From Octopus vulgaris (Eukaryota), in contig OX597814.1 in assembly GCA_951406725.2 (NCBI GenBank), positions 19,344,001 to 19,408,000 on the forward strand: a stretch of 64,000 bases of DNA. Direction: 5' to 3'. Of this stretch, positions 28,924 to 43,778 are shown in pieces. The notes below the pieces were generated by a model, which saw only the letters and a list, made by a program, of their open reading frames with translations, had not been told where the DNA came from and did not search any database. Both the position numbers and the translations under genes were made by a program. The stretch's first letter is position 1, and each line of letters begins with the position of its first letter.

Positions 28924-29317
28924 GATCTTTTCGGTTTGAACGGCAGTTTTTAAAATAATTTCCACGTAACTATAAACACTTTTAAATTTCGTATACTTGT
29001 AGAATGTGTTTATAAATCATCTTTTTCTCTTGGCTTTATTGAGAAAATTCTATAGTTTGTAAGTTTTTTGTTGTTTTTTTCTTCAATTTCTGCAATTTCA
29101 ACCAATCAATGACGTCTATTGAGGTAAATATGAATATGTCCCTCGTTTAAGAAACAGATTGGGTTTATTTACATTTGTGAAGAAAAAAAGATACCCTTCC
29201 TCCCACCCTAACCCTAAAACAGATTGAAATGCAATAGATCGATACTAAGGTCATAATTATGGGTGACAATTTCATACGACACCGCTAGAAAAAACTGCCA
29301 GTCAAACCGAAAAGATC
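28924..29317. mobile_element. MITE with GATCTTTTCGGTTTGA TIRs (superfamily not assigned)
   Basis: About 27-bp TIRs; a second copy lies in opposite orientation at 41238-41648; internal CCCTAA repeats. Confidence 0.85.
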
Positions 29318-29764
29318 AGAAAAAATAATAAATTATTGATGCGATTTATACACGAGTAAATATGGTAAGTTAGCCAACGTGGGAGGCCTTTATGACGCTG
29401 CTTGACTGACTACAATTGGCAGTTAAATCTCCTCTAATCATAAGAAAATACGATATATCGGGATTCACATCTAAAAAAACAAAAAGATATTGATCACGGC
29501 TGGAACGCATTTCATCATAATATTTAACCCGATTCGTGGTCAACCAGGGGCTAAACAACAACACCGACAGCAACAGCTAAAAGTCATTTCAATAAACAGC
29601 AATAACGCAAAACCTATCACGGCTACTACGACTACCGGCTTTAGCTTCAAGACATTTGTTATCACCTTCAAAACAACATCGCCGTTGTCGTCTATTTCTA
29701 GTTGTTGGTATTGTTGATGTTGGACTTCATTTTTTTTCTCTCTCTCTCTCTCTTTCCTACACAG

Positions 29765-30018
29765 TCAAAGTGATATAGGTTTCTGCACAGCGACATAGAA
29801 CTACAACAATCTCGGCCTTGTGCCTTCAATGTACTTACAAGGCCACCTAATAGGAAACAGTAAAGTGTCAGTCAGTATAGTATTTAAATAGGTTTGTCAG
29901 ACATCAATCAATGCTTAGCTTTCAAACACCGGCCGACTTTCACTGGCATCAACAGAACTGTTGTTTACATCGCCCTGCGTGTTTTTGGAATCATGACCTC
30001 TTGCAAACAATTTTGTCG
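29765..30018 (+). other. Candidate exon (possibly 5' UTR plus start) of a host transcript
   Basis: Long polypyrimidine tract ending ttcctacacAG and donor TCG|GTATGT, in unique sequence. No recognisable protein. Confidence 0.3.
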
Positions 30019-30166
30019 GTATGTCCCCCTGTGTCTAACTACTTACTACTCGACTACATGCGACTTTTTTTGCATATAAATTTGTGTATGTGTGTGTCTG
30101 TGTGCGAGTACGCATCTGTTTAAACGTATGTGTGGTTGACCGTGTGCATATATATATATATATGTA

Positions 30167-30347
30167 TGCTTAGCAGTATTTCGTCTGCCGTTATGAGTTC
30201 AAATTCCGCCGAGGTCGACTTTGCCTTTCATCCTTTCGAGGTCGATAAATTAAGTACCAGTTACGCACTGGGGTCGATGTAATCGACTTAATCCGTTTGT
30301 CTGTCCTTGTTTGTCCCCTCTGTGTTTAGCCCCTTGTGGGTAGTAAA

Positions 30348-30350
<3 letters not shown>
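30167..30350 (+). mobile_element. SINE family C, 5'-truncated
   Basis: GAGTTCAAATTCCGCCGAGGTCGACTTTGCC core and GCCCCTTGTGGGTAGTAAA tail. Confidence 0.85.
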
Positions 30351-30378
<28 letters not shown>

Positions 30379-30739
30379 GGAGGCCAAAACGTACTATAAC
30401 TGACACACAAACACAGACGCAAAAGAGTGTGCGCATGCATCAACAATGTGTCAGTTTATAGATTTTGCACATCCATATATTCATTCCTCTCTTTTACTCT
30501 CAGCATTTATGTATGCATATTCTTTTATTCTTTTATGCGTTTCAGCCCAAATACTTTGGCCATGCTGGGGCACCACATGTGCTATCACCATTTTAACGGC
30601 AATACTTTTGTGATTGGCTTTTAGTGAAAGGAAGAGTTCGATATTGCCTGCTCCCCTTTTTTTAAATTTCTTGCCGTGATGTTGGATCAGCAGGAGGTCA
30701 AGTTAGTTCTCTCTCTCTCTCACTCTCTCTCTCTTTCTT

Positions 30740-30830
<91 letters not shown>

Positions 30831-31254
30831 GGCGCAGGAGTGGCTGTGTGGTAAGTAGCTTGCTCACCAACCACATGGTTCCAGGTTCATTCCTACTGCG
30901 TGGCACCTTGGGCAACTGTCTCCTACTATAGCCTCGGGCCGACCAAAGACTTGTGAGTGGATTTGGTAGACGGAAACTGAAAGAAGCCCGTTGTATATAT
31001 GTATAAATATATATATTTTTGTATGTGTGTATATGTTTGTGTGTCTCAGTTTGCCCCCCAACCCAACCCAACATCGCTTGACAACCGATGGTGGTGGGTT
31101 TACGTCCCCGTAACTTAGTGGTTCGGTAAAAGAGACCGATAGAATAAGTACTAGGCTTACAAAAAATAAGTCCTGGGGTCGATTTGCTTGACTAAAGGCG
31201 GTACTCCAGCATGGCTGCAGTCAAATGACCGAAACAAGTAAAAGAGTAAAGAGT
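30831..31254 (+). mobile_element. SINE family A, full length
   Basis: Complete head, body and tail. Confidence 0.92.
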
Positions 31255-31345
31255 ATGCGTTTCTCGGTGGATTACGTGTTCGTTTCTCTTTCTGTCTTTA
31301 TTTTATTTTTGTAATTTTATTTTTGATCTTCTATATATATATATA

Positions 31346-31750
31346 GGCGCAGGAGTGGCTGTTTGGTAAGTAGCTTGCTAACCAACCACATGGTTCCGGG
31401 TTCAGTCCCACTGCGTGGCATCTTGGGCAAGTGTCTTCTGCTATAGCCCCGGGCCGACCAATGCCTTGTGAGTGGATTTGGTAGACGGAAACTGAAAGAA
31501 GCCTGTCGTATATATGTATATATATATATAAGTGTGTGTGAATATGTTTGTGTGTCTGTGTTTGTTCCTCTAGCATTGCTTGACAACCGATGCTGGTGTG
31601 TTTACGTCCCCGTCACTTAGCGGTTCGGCAAAAGAGACCGATAGAATAAGTACTGGGCTTACAAAATCCCGGGGTCGAGTTGCTCGATTAAAGGCGGTGC
31701 TCCAGCATGGCCGCAGTCAAATGACTGAAACAAGTAAAAGAGTAAAAGAG
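31346..31750 (+). mobile_element. SINE family A, full length
   Basis: Complete copy; shares diagnostic variants with 8488-8976. Confidence 0.92.
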
Positions 31751-32008
31751 TATATTAATAGAATCATTATCTTAGCATTATTAATCTGTAAAGTACAACG
31801 AAACCTAAGCTTTTTTGATATGGGTCTAATAACACTGAGTTTACGTTCGTATATTCCAATATCAAATTAAATGAATATATTGTCATGAGTTAATAATTTC
31901 GTCTTGGACCCGGAAATTAGAGGAAGGGAGGAAGGACGTTAAGGCACCGATCTGATTACTTCTATTCTACAGGTAAGACATGGCAGGATTTCAATCCAGA
32001 TTTAAATA

Positions 32009-32430
32009 GGCGCAGGAGTGGCTGTGTGGTAAGTAGCTTGCTAACCAACCACATTGTTCTGGGTTCAGTCCCACTGCGTGGCACCTTGGGCAAGTGTCTT
32101 CTGCTATAGCCCCGCGCCGACCGAAGCCTTGTGAGTGGATTTGGTAGACGGAAACTGAAAGAAGCCTGCCGTATATATGTATATATATATATATGTATGT
32201 GTGTGTGTTTGTGTGTCTGTGTTTGTCCCCCTAGCATTGCTTGACAACCGATGCTGGTGTGTTTATGTTCCCGTTACTTAGCGGTTCGGCAAAAGAGACC
32301 GATAGAATAAGTACTGGGCTTACAAAGTCCCGGGGTCGATTTGCTCGACTAAAGGCGGTGCTCCAGCATGGCCGCAGTCAAATGACTGAAACAAGTAAAA
32401 AGAGTAAAAAAAAAAAAAAGAGTAAAGAGT
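32009..32430 (+). mobile_element. SINE family A, full length
   Basis: Complete copy; shares diagnostic variants with 7779-8231. Confidence 0.92.
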
Positions 32431-32675
32431 AATATATGAAGATCTTCCCTCCGTCCGACTGTTTTTCTCTGTACGAAACAGAAAGTTACATTGTGGAACA
32501 GTCATTCTAACGAGTGTTTTTTATTTATGTATCATCCGACGGGGTACATCTGCACCCCCGGATGCTTCTGAACCAGTTGTGAGTGTCGGACAAGAGGAAT
32601 CGATGCTAAATAAATCGAAACAATTGCCGTGATTAATAATAAATATATTCCATCTTCTGTCTTTCATTTGTTATA

Positions 32676-33872
<1,197 letters not shown>

Positions 33873-33885
33873 TCTTTTTTCTCTC

Positions 33886-34453
<568 letters not shown>

Positions 34454-34686
34454 TAATCATTCTCACCATTATTGTTAAAGTACATTTCTCTCTGGAGATG
34501 CAATCATCACATGATATATTAAAATTAAAATGTCAAGAGCATTGAAAGTATTGAAACCTATTTATTTTTGCGATACTATTAAACAATTGTTACCTCAGGA
34601 AGAAACCTGATATTATTGCAAAGTACCTTAGTATTAACAAGATTAGTAGCAGTAACAGTAACAGCAACACTAGCAGCAGTAGCAGT

Positions 34687-34749
<63 letters not shown>

Positions 34750-36051
34750 TGGGGTAGTAGTAGTAGTAGTTTTTAACCACTAAGGGCAATTTTATACAGT
34801 CATCCGCGAAACTCGAAATACTAAAGTTAAGAGTTTAAAAACCATGTGAGGTAACACAACCATGTCATGCAAAAAAACCTGTGGGGTGCATTGCAAACGT
34901 TATGCGAAGATATTTATAAATTAGTGCTAAAATAAGAACTTGGAATATATGCTATGAAAAAATAAGGAAAGCAAGATATTTGAAATGTTCATACATTCAG
35001 GCTTTCGTTACCGAAGCACGGGATTAGGACCGACTGAAGGAGCCTAATCAGAATACTGCATACCTGCGCTTTTGGCTTGCTCCTATTGGAGCCTGTTACA
35101 TGCTAAGTTCTCTCATACCATACGCAAAGTCGAGATAGAAAAAGTGCTTCTGCTTGTGTGTTACTGCTTGCTGCTGTAATAACTATATTTATAGAATACG
35201 CCAGAATCACATCATCAGGACTATTATTAAATATATATATGTTACTATGTTCACATTAACACTTCTATACGTTGAAGATTTAATACAAATAATAATAATA
35301 ATAAAACTTAAAGAAATATTGAAAAGAGGGAGAATATAATGAAGGAATATAGAGAAAAATAAGGAAGCCATGGCTGAAACACAAGTGTGTAGATTGTCAC
35401 AGCTGGAACCCCATTGCACTATCAAGAGTGGCAGATTGTAGAAAAAAATATCTTCAGAGAAAATAGAAATGACGGTTGGGAGAGAGCCGGATACATACAT
35501 GCTTTGGGTGGGCCGAGTCAAACAGACTTGATAGACTAGAAATTATTGTTGAAAGAGACAGTTAAGTCTTTAACAAACACCATGATTTTGCTGTCAGGGT
35601 TTACAACGACCGATATCACACCTTTCACTGCAAATTTACAGCAACAAGCTCAACATAGTGTGAAAGAAAGAAGAGGAAATGTCACTTTTGTGTTCTCTTA
35701 TTTATTGATTGATTGATTGGTTGGTTCATTTATGTTAGTTTACCGTAAATTCTATGACCGTTTTCTAAAAGCGCTAAAAGGAAATACAAACAATGAGAAA
35801 AATATTCGAAACGAGAATAATCACAATCAGTACAACGAATAACTACACTGTCAGCGAATTATCATTTCTTTATCTATTTTTTTCCTAGCTTTTATACTGC
35901 GTCCTGTAGGCTTCACAACACACACGCACAAGTTTGTACCAAGGCATGCGCACACGCGTATCCACGTATTCTCAGCGCTCTGGTTTCAAATCTCAATGAA
36001 ATATTTTTTAAAGACCATTCCATCTTTCCTGGGTCGATAAAAATATAGTAC

Positions 36052-36220
36052 CTATTTCTTTACTGCCCACAAGGGGCTAAACATATAAAGGGAAGAAACA
36101 AGGACAGACAAACGGATTAAGTCGATTACATCGACTCCCAATGCGTAACTGGTACTTATTTAATTGACTCCCAAAAGGATGAAAGGCAAAGTCGACCTCG
36201 GCGGAATTTGAACTCAGAAC
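36052..36220 (-). mobile_element. SINE family C fragment
   Basis: GGCAAAGTCGACCTCGGCGGAATTTGAACTCAGAAC core plus tail. Confidence 0.85.
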
Positions 36221-37039
36221 CGATAAAATATAGTACCAACCTGGTACTGAGGTTGTTGTTATCAACGAACCCACTCACCACAAACGCCTCACTTGTGCTA
36301 AAATCGAAGGCTATTATTATCTTTCTTTTATGCCACTGTATATCTAAACCGCATTGTGTAGGGTTCGGAACACACTGACTAATTTGTCTACTCAAACACT
36401 CACATCCATATTTTTTGTTATTTTGAGTTCAAATCTCGTCGAGGTTAAGTCGATAACGTTAAGTACTAGTCTAGTGCCCGTGTTTTCCGTTAACACTTCT
36501 TGGTACATGGATTAAGACTATATAGTTGACATGAAGATGTTGCGTCTATCGACGTCTTGTTCCACAAACACCGGAAGCTTATCACTTTTAACCAGGTTCC
36601 AAACGTTCCCGTTTCTCTGCCACAATGTCAATTTACGACGCAAAGGAAAGGGGAAAGTACTACAAGAAATTTATATAACTCTGTCAATTCCGCCCATTCA
36701 CCGTTCTAAACTGGCACGTCATTTATCGAACTCGAAAGATGATCCCGGCGAATTTGAACTCAGATATAGAGACCTAGATTAAATATCGAACGGCATACTA
36801 TCTGGCACACCAACATGCTGTCTATTGCCTTTTCTGATTTTAAGACGGCGAGTTGCGGAAAAGTTATAGCGCCGGAAAAAAATCCCTGCGATATAATATT
36901 CGACTAAAAAGCATAAAAAAGTCCTGAGTTCAACTCCAGCGAGATTAAGTTTAACTTTCAAACGCTCGTGGTCTATTAAATAAACTACTATTCGAGTACT
37001 GCAGACGATGTTATTAGCTGACAGCTTCCCTCAAAACTG

Positions 37040-37234
<195 letters not shown>

Positions 37235-37305
37235 CACACAAGCACACACATTCTGAGTTAAGTCACTCTCTCTGTATCTGCCTATCTATCTAGGCATCTG
37301 ACTAT

Positions 37306-37337
<32 letters not shown>

Positions 37338-37405
37338 TAATCTATCAATCTATATATCTATCAATATATATATATATCTATATTTATATTGTGTGTGTGT
37401 GTGTG

Positions 37406-37478
<73 letters not shown>

Positions 37479-37529
37479 AAATACAACAAAAGAAACACGA
37501 AAAAAAAAAAAATTTTTTTTTTTTTGTTT

Positions 37530-37631
37530 TTTTCGCTCTATAAACTATCACAACGCCCGGTCTGGGAATCGAAACCGCAATAGTACGACTGCGAGTCCAC
37601 TGCCCTAACCACTGGGTCATTGCGCCTCCAC
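37530..37631 (-). mobile_element. SINE family B 5' head fragment
   Basis: CAACGCCCGGTCTGGGAATCGAAACCGC...CATTGCGCCTCCAC. Confidence 0.85.
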
Positions 37632-37682
37632 ACCTACCTATATGTAGGTATCATTCTATCTATCTAGCTATTTATCTATCTA

Positions 37683-37785
<103 letters not shown>

Positions 37786-37847
37786 GCTTACTTGCCTCTG
37801 TTTCTCCCTGTCTAACTACCTACCTACCTCTCTCTCTCTCTTTCCTT

Positions 37848-37915
<68 letters not shown>

Positions 37916-37979
37916 CGTGTGCATATATTTATATATATATATATACACACACATACATATATGTAATGCATTTATATAT

Positions 37980-38096
<117 letters not shown>

Positions 38097-38413
38097 TATC
38101 TATCTGTTATTTGTGTGTGTGTGTTTGTTTTTTTTTTTTTTATTTTTTATTCAAACCATTCTTGACAGCACACAAGCACAACATTCAAGGTTAGTCACCT
38201 CGCTATGAACTGCCCAGGTGTTTCTCGAGCGCCATATGTAGATGTAAGTATGTATGTATGTATGTTTCTATGTGTGTCTCTGTGTATGTGTGTGTGTGTA
38301 CGTGTTTGCGTGCTTGTATGTGTTTACGTACGTGCGTATATATATATATATTTACATGTGTATATACATATATACATGTGCGTATACACATTCATAGATA
38401 CAGAGGTATAACG

Positions 38414-38560
<147 letters not shown>

Positions 38561-38877
38561 AGAAGAAGGAGAGGAAGGAGTGGGGGAGAAGTAAGAAGCT
38601 GAAGGAGAAGAAGAAGAATATCCATACGCAAACACACAGACACACACACAGACAAAAGTACCAGCATATATTTTACAAGGCATACGGGTGTGTGTGTGTG
38701 TGTGTATACATATTGTATATGTATATATGTATGTATATATATATGTATATATATATATATGACTATATTATATTATATTATTTATTTTATTATATTATAT
38801 ATATATATAAATATATATATAATATACATGTGTGTATGTATATATGTAGAAGGTTGAAAAGGAACACACGAGTTGAT

Positions 38878-39660
38878 ATGTATAATCAAAATAAGACAAG
38901 GTAGAAAATGCTGAAATAATTTCATCATGAAGAACATTTTAGTACTGGTAGATCTAGGTAGTTAGCAGCAGCTAGTTTAGTATGATTTCTTGTCACTTCT
39001 CTACTACTACTAGCTGTTTTGCTTAAACAATCAAAGACAAGAATTTATCAAACTTGCTACTGCTAACTACCTAGAACCCACAAGAGTAAAAAGAATGCAG
39101 ACACAGACAGAAAAAAAAAGGAAAAATGTCGCCTAGAATTTGAAAACTTTGGTAATATTAAAAAAAAACAATTTCATTTCATTTTTCCACAATTTAATTG
39201 TATATTTTCATGTTTACATATATATAAGTTGAAAGCCAAGTCATAAAAACTAAAACCGGTACTAAAATATTCATGATAAAATTATTTTAGCATTTTCTAC
39301 CTTGTTTTATTTTCCTTATATATCATTTTATCATTTCATTTCATCTAGTTTTCAGCTCACGAGCTGTAGCCATGCTGGCTCACCGCCATTATATATATAT
39401 ATATATATATATATATGAATTTGAAAACTTTGGTAATATTAAAAAAAAACAATTTCATTTCATTTTTCCACAATTTAATTGTTTTTCATGCTTTAACGCT
39501 AAGTTGAAAAAGTCGCAAAAACTGAAACCGGTACTAAAATATTCATGATAAAATTATTTTAGCATTTTCCACCTTGTTTTATTTTCCTTATATATCATTG
39601 TATCATTTCATTTCATCTAGTTTCAGCTCACGAGCTGTGGCCATGCTGGGGCACCGCCAT
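38878..39660. repeat. Inverted-repeat element (38878-38950 / 39255-39325) with a local direct duplication (about 39137-39391 / 39417-39661)
   Basis: Arms and duplicated block are visible by eye; (TA)n follows each duplicated block. Confidence 0.7.
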
Positions 39661-39697
<37 letters not shown>

Positions 39698-40313
39698 TAT
39701 ATAAAATCCGTTCAGTCTGTCTGTTTGTGTGTCTTCTATTTGATTTGTAGTTACCGACGGTATCAGGGCCTGTATAAGTCTTGAAAAATATTACAAAAAT
39801 CGATTCCAGGTGAGAATGCGATTGATAAAGGCGTGGGAACGTGCATTTTTACGCGCAAGTACATCAGCTGTTGCGATCGATACTACACGTACGCAAGAAA
39901 AATGCACGTGCAATTTGTGCAAGAAAAGCCGGCTGACTTGAAATAGTGCTACAAAATGCAGTATATTTAAGAGACCAAAAAAGTAAGATGCAAAAGAGAT
40001 ATTTTCTTCAAACGTTTCTTTCCTGCCAAGTTTACTATTTAAACGATGTTTGTGTTCTCCCAGTCTATAGCCTTTTCATTAGTGGTACTTTAAAGTCTTC
40101 GGTTGCATATTTGTGTGAATAAAATCGTTTTTCTTTGGAAAAGAAATGAAGTCTATCTTTATTTCTTCTTTTGCTGGTGTCTCAAATTTAAGTTAAATCA
40201 GTGTTTCTCAAAGGGGAGGCCTATGGGACGGTCGGACAAGTTTATTTTGAAAATTTGGTTTACATGTTTGACAACTCAGCACCGTCTATTGGACGGGGGT
40301 GTTTTGCTCGTAC

Positions 40314-40352
<39 letters not shown>

Positions 40353-40367
40353 CATTTTACATATATA

Positions 40368-40735
40368 TCTCTATATATATAAACGACAAAATGTCTGTGT
40401 GTGTTTCCTTTATACAAATCCATAATTTTTCAGTTAGAGGGTTCGCACTTTCTATGATCATTCAAAACCGTCCAAGGGTGGTCGTGCACATCTTTACATT
40501 TCCATAGTCACCCCGCAGAGCCATTAAAAACATCAATAGAAGTGACGTTTTTGTGAATTTTCTATCCAAAACCCAATCAAAATGCCCGAAACTCGATACG
40601 CCAATTGAATGCCAGCTAGCTGTATGTGATTGGTCGGAGATTTGGACATTACTCGCGTGTATGTGCGCACGCACGCACGCAGCTGTATATGCAAGCACTA
40701 GCACTATGACCCGGCAACGCGGGTCATAGTGCTAG
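40368..40735 (+). mobile_element. Non-autonomous Helitron
   Basis: 5' A|TC-TCTATATATATAAA, 3' hairpin plus CTAG|T. Confidence 0.75.
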
Positions 40736-41237
40736 TATATATATAATATAATTTTATATATATTATGTTACATATATATATATATGTGTGTGTATGCACA
40801 CACAGAGGCACACACATATTTTCATGTATGTATGTCTCCATATATATTTAAACAAGTGAATACAACTGCAGGGGTTTAGGCATTTCTTTTTCTGAATTTT
40901 AAGAAGGAAAACAACGAAGACTGAAATGAAATGGCGGATTGTTACTTTTGTGATATTTTTCCGTTTCTTTGCATTTTGCTTCAAAATCCCCAGGGTTCAT
41001 TTTTTAATTACCTGTGTATGCATAGAGAAATAGTAGTTAGGGCATAATATATAAACAAGAGGCACATTAAGAAATTAATCATGCTTTAAATATAATTTTA
41101 TTTTATGTAAATCCAACAGTATTAAACTGATATTTTTATAATTAAATATTATTAGGAATTATATAAAAAATTAAAATATTTCGGTGTATTGTAGAATTAT
41201 AAGCAATTTATTGCACATGAATTTTAACAACAAGCTC

Positions 41238-41648
41238 GGATCTTTTCGGTTTGAACGACAGTTTTTTCTCGCGGTGTCATATGAAATTGTCACCTATAAT
41301 TATGACCCTAGTACCGATCTATTGCATTTCAATCTGTTTTAGGGTTAGGTTTAGGGTTATGGGTGGGGGAAGGGTATCTTTTTTTCTTCACAAATGTAAA
41401 TAAACCCAATCTGTTTCTTAAACGAGGGACATATTCATACGGCATAGAATCTTTTTTTACCTCAATGGACGTCATTGATTGGTTGAAATTGCAGAAATTG
41501 AAGAAAAAAACAACAAATAACTTACAAACTATAGAATTTTCTCAATAAAGCCAAAAGAAAAAGATGTTTTATAAACACATTCTACCAGTATACGAAGTTT
41601 AAAATTTTTTAGTTACCTAGTTATGTTAAAAACTGGTTACTGAGATCC
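41238..41648. mobile_element. MITE, same family as 28924-29317, opposite orientation, one TIR decayed
   Basis: GGATCTTTTCGGTTTGAAC start; body is the reverse complement of the 28924 copy. Confidence 0.85.
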
Positions 41649-42407
41649 ACAAATCTTAGATGGAACCAGTTTGAGGCACTGGTGTCTGTCTCAATCGACT
41701 AACCCCCCCAGGGTTCATCACTTTCTGACTTACCCTTATGTATGTATGCATAGAGAAAGAGGTGGGATAGAGAGAAAGGCATAATATATAAACAAGAGGC
41801 ACATTAAGAAATTAATCATGCTTTAAATATAATTTTATTTTATGTAAATCCAACAGTATTAAACTGAAATGTCTCTTTGTATTATTTGAATAACAGAATA
41901 GAGGTAATGAAAGCAAAATAGCTTTATATATAAATGTGTAATGATGTGACCATGTGTGCTTGAAGTGTATATGTATGAATGTATATTGCATGGGTGGTGT
42001 CATGAATCACCTGGGTGGGGCTACTAGTAAATTATATCAAAATGCTCGTTATTGTAACAAAGAATCAAAGTAACTTCAATTGTTGACAAGTGCAATGCAA
42101 TTTGCCGCAACTAAATCAAAGTGAAAACATTTATATAATGAAATACAATGGTTTCTTTTATATCTATAAAATATTGTATTGGTATCTAATTACAAGAATA
42201 CATTGGCAAAACCGTCATATAAATTAATACGTGTAGAGTTATTCATAGACATCTACGCATGCATGCAAACATAGGCGTACATAGTTTTTTTTTTATCAAA
42301 ACTTACACATAGGCGTAGGAGTGGATGTGTGGTAAGTAGCTTGCTTCCGAGTTCAGTCCCACTGCGTGGGGGGTGGGTTTACTCACAATGGTTTACTAGT
42401 TTGGTTA

Positions 42408-42618
42408 AGGCGGCGAGCTAGCAGAATCGTTAGCACGTCGGGCGAAATGCTTAGCGGTATTTCGGCTGCCGTTACGTTGTGAGTTCAAATTCCGCCGAGG
42501 TCGACTTTGCCTTTTATCCTTTCGGGGTCGATAAATTAAGTACCAGTTAAGCACTGGGGTCGATATAATCGACTTAATACCTATGTCTGTCCATGTTTGT
42601 ACCCTCTATGTTTAGCCC
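42408..42618 (+). mobile_element. SINE family C
   Basis: GGCGGCGAGCTAGCAGAATCGTTAGCAC head plus core. Confidence 0.87.
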
Positions 42619-43479
42619 ATTGTTAACTTTTAACGAAACTTATTGCTTACTAGAAACTATCCACAAATGTTTTGGATCTATTTCAATGAATTGTTTCATA
42701 GTTTGTTCTACTGGAAAACTGCAAATGAATATTATATCTTTATATATAAAAGTGAAGTTGTGTGTCTGTCTCCTACGATTTAGATTCCTAACTACTCCCA
42801 CACTCAAAGCGAGAATCTAGTTCTTTGACAGTGCATAACTCATCGAAAACACATACGTACTTGTTAATACCATTGCAATAAAATGAAGGATTTTATTGTT
42901 TTGGTCACTATTAAGCTTTGTCTATACAAAATTGTATGTAAAGTAATGCAATGTTCGGGAAGTGTTTGTGTAAGAACTTTTAAATGTTTTTACTGCTGGA
43001 GCGAATGACTAGTGATTGAATAGTAGGTTATACGTGTTAACTGATCTCTTTTTTATTTATGTGTCTGTCTTAAGAAATAAATGTATTTTGTATACACTTA
43101 ATTTTATCTCTCGGGCCACTTTTCAATAATGATTTTTTATATTGGCTAGCCGAGTCAGGGAAACTTGCTTCGTTCGAAGACAATGAAGATATTCTTTAAC
43201 CAGGTTTGAAAAATATTTACTTACTTAATGTATATACTTTGAAGTGAATTATATTTACACATATATATCATAGTATCAACCAACTTGCTAAAATTAGAAA
43301 GATATCTGAGCAAGCAACATACTTAATTTGACATGCTTAAGGTCACATTGTCAGTGAGTGCATTGTTAACTTTTAACGAAACTTATTGCTTACTAGAAAC
43401 TATCCACAAATGTTTTGGATCTATTTCAATGAATTGTTTCATAGTTTGTTCTACTGGAAAACTGCAAATGAATATTATA

Positions 43480-43778
43480 TCTTTATATATAAAAGTGAAG
43501 TTGTGTGTCTGTCTCCTACGATTTAGATTCCTAACTACTCCCACATTTTGCGGTGCAGTTTAACCAAAAGCGGGTATCTTATAGTCGTGATTCATATCGA
43601 GCCCTTCTGGGTATTAGCGCGCGTCTATGATGAGTCTACGATTTAAAAAAAAAATTACCATAATTTTTTCCCATTTTGAATGCATTTTTTTGCTATCATA
43701 TTAGGAAAGTAACTCTCTAAAAATGCGTATATAGTTATTTCCCTTACAAACCTGAGCAACGCCGAGCGATACTGCTAG
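43480..43778 (+). mobile_element. Non-autonomous Helitron
   Basis: A|TC...hairpin CCTGAGCAACGCCGAG...CTAG|T; related to 62894-63406. Confidence 0.8.

Noticed and set aside
41338-41365. Telomeric TTAGGG repeats (also CCCTAA near 29205)
   Set aside because: Only 2-3 imperfect units, internal to a MITE.
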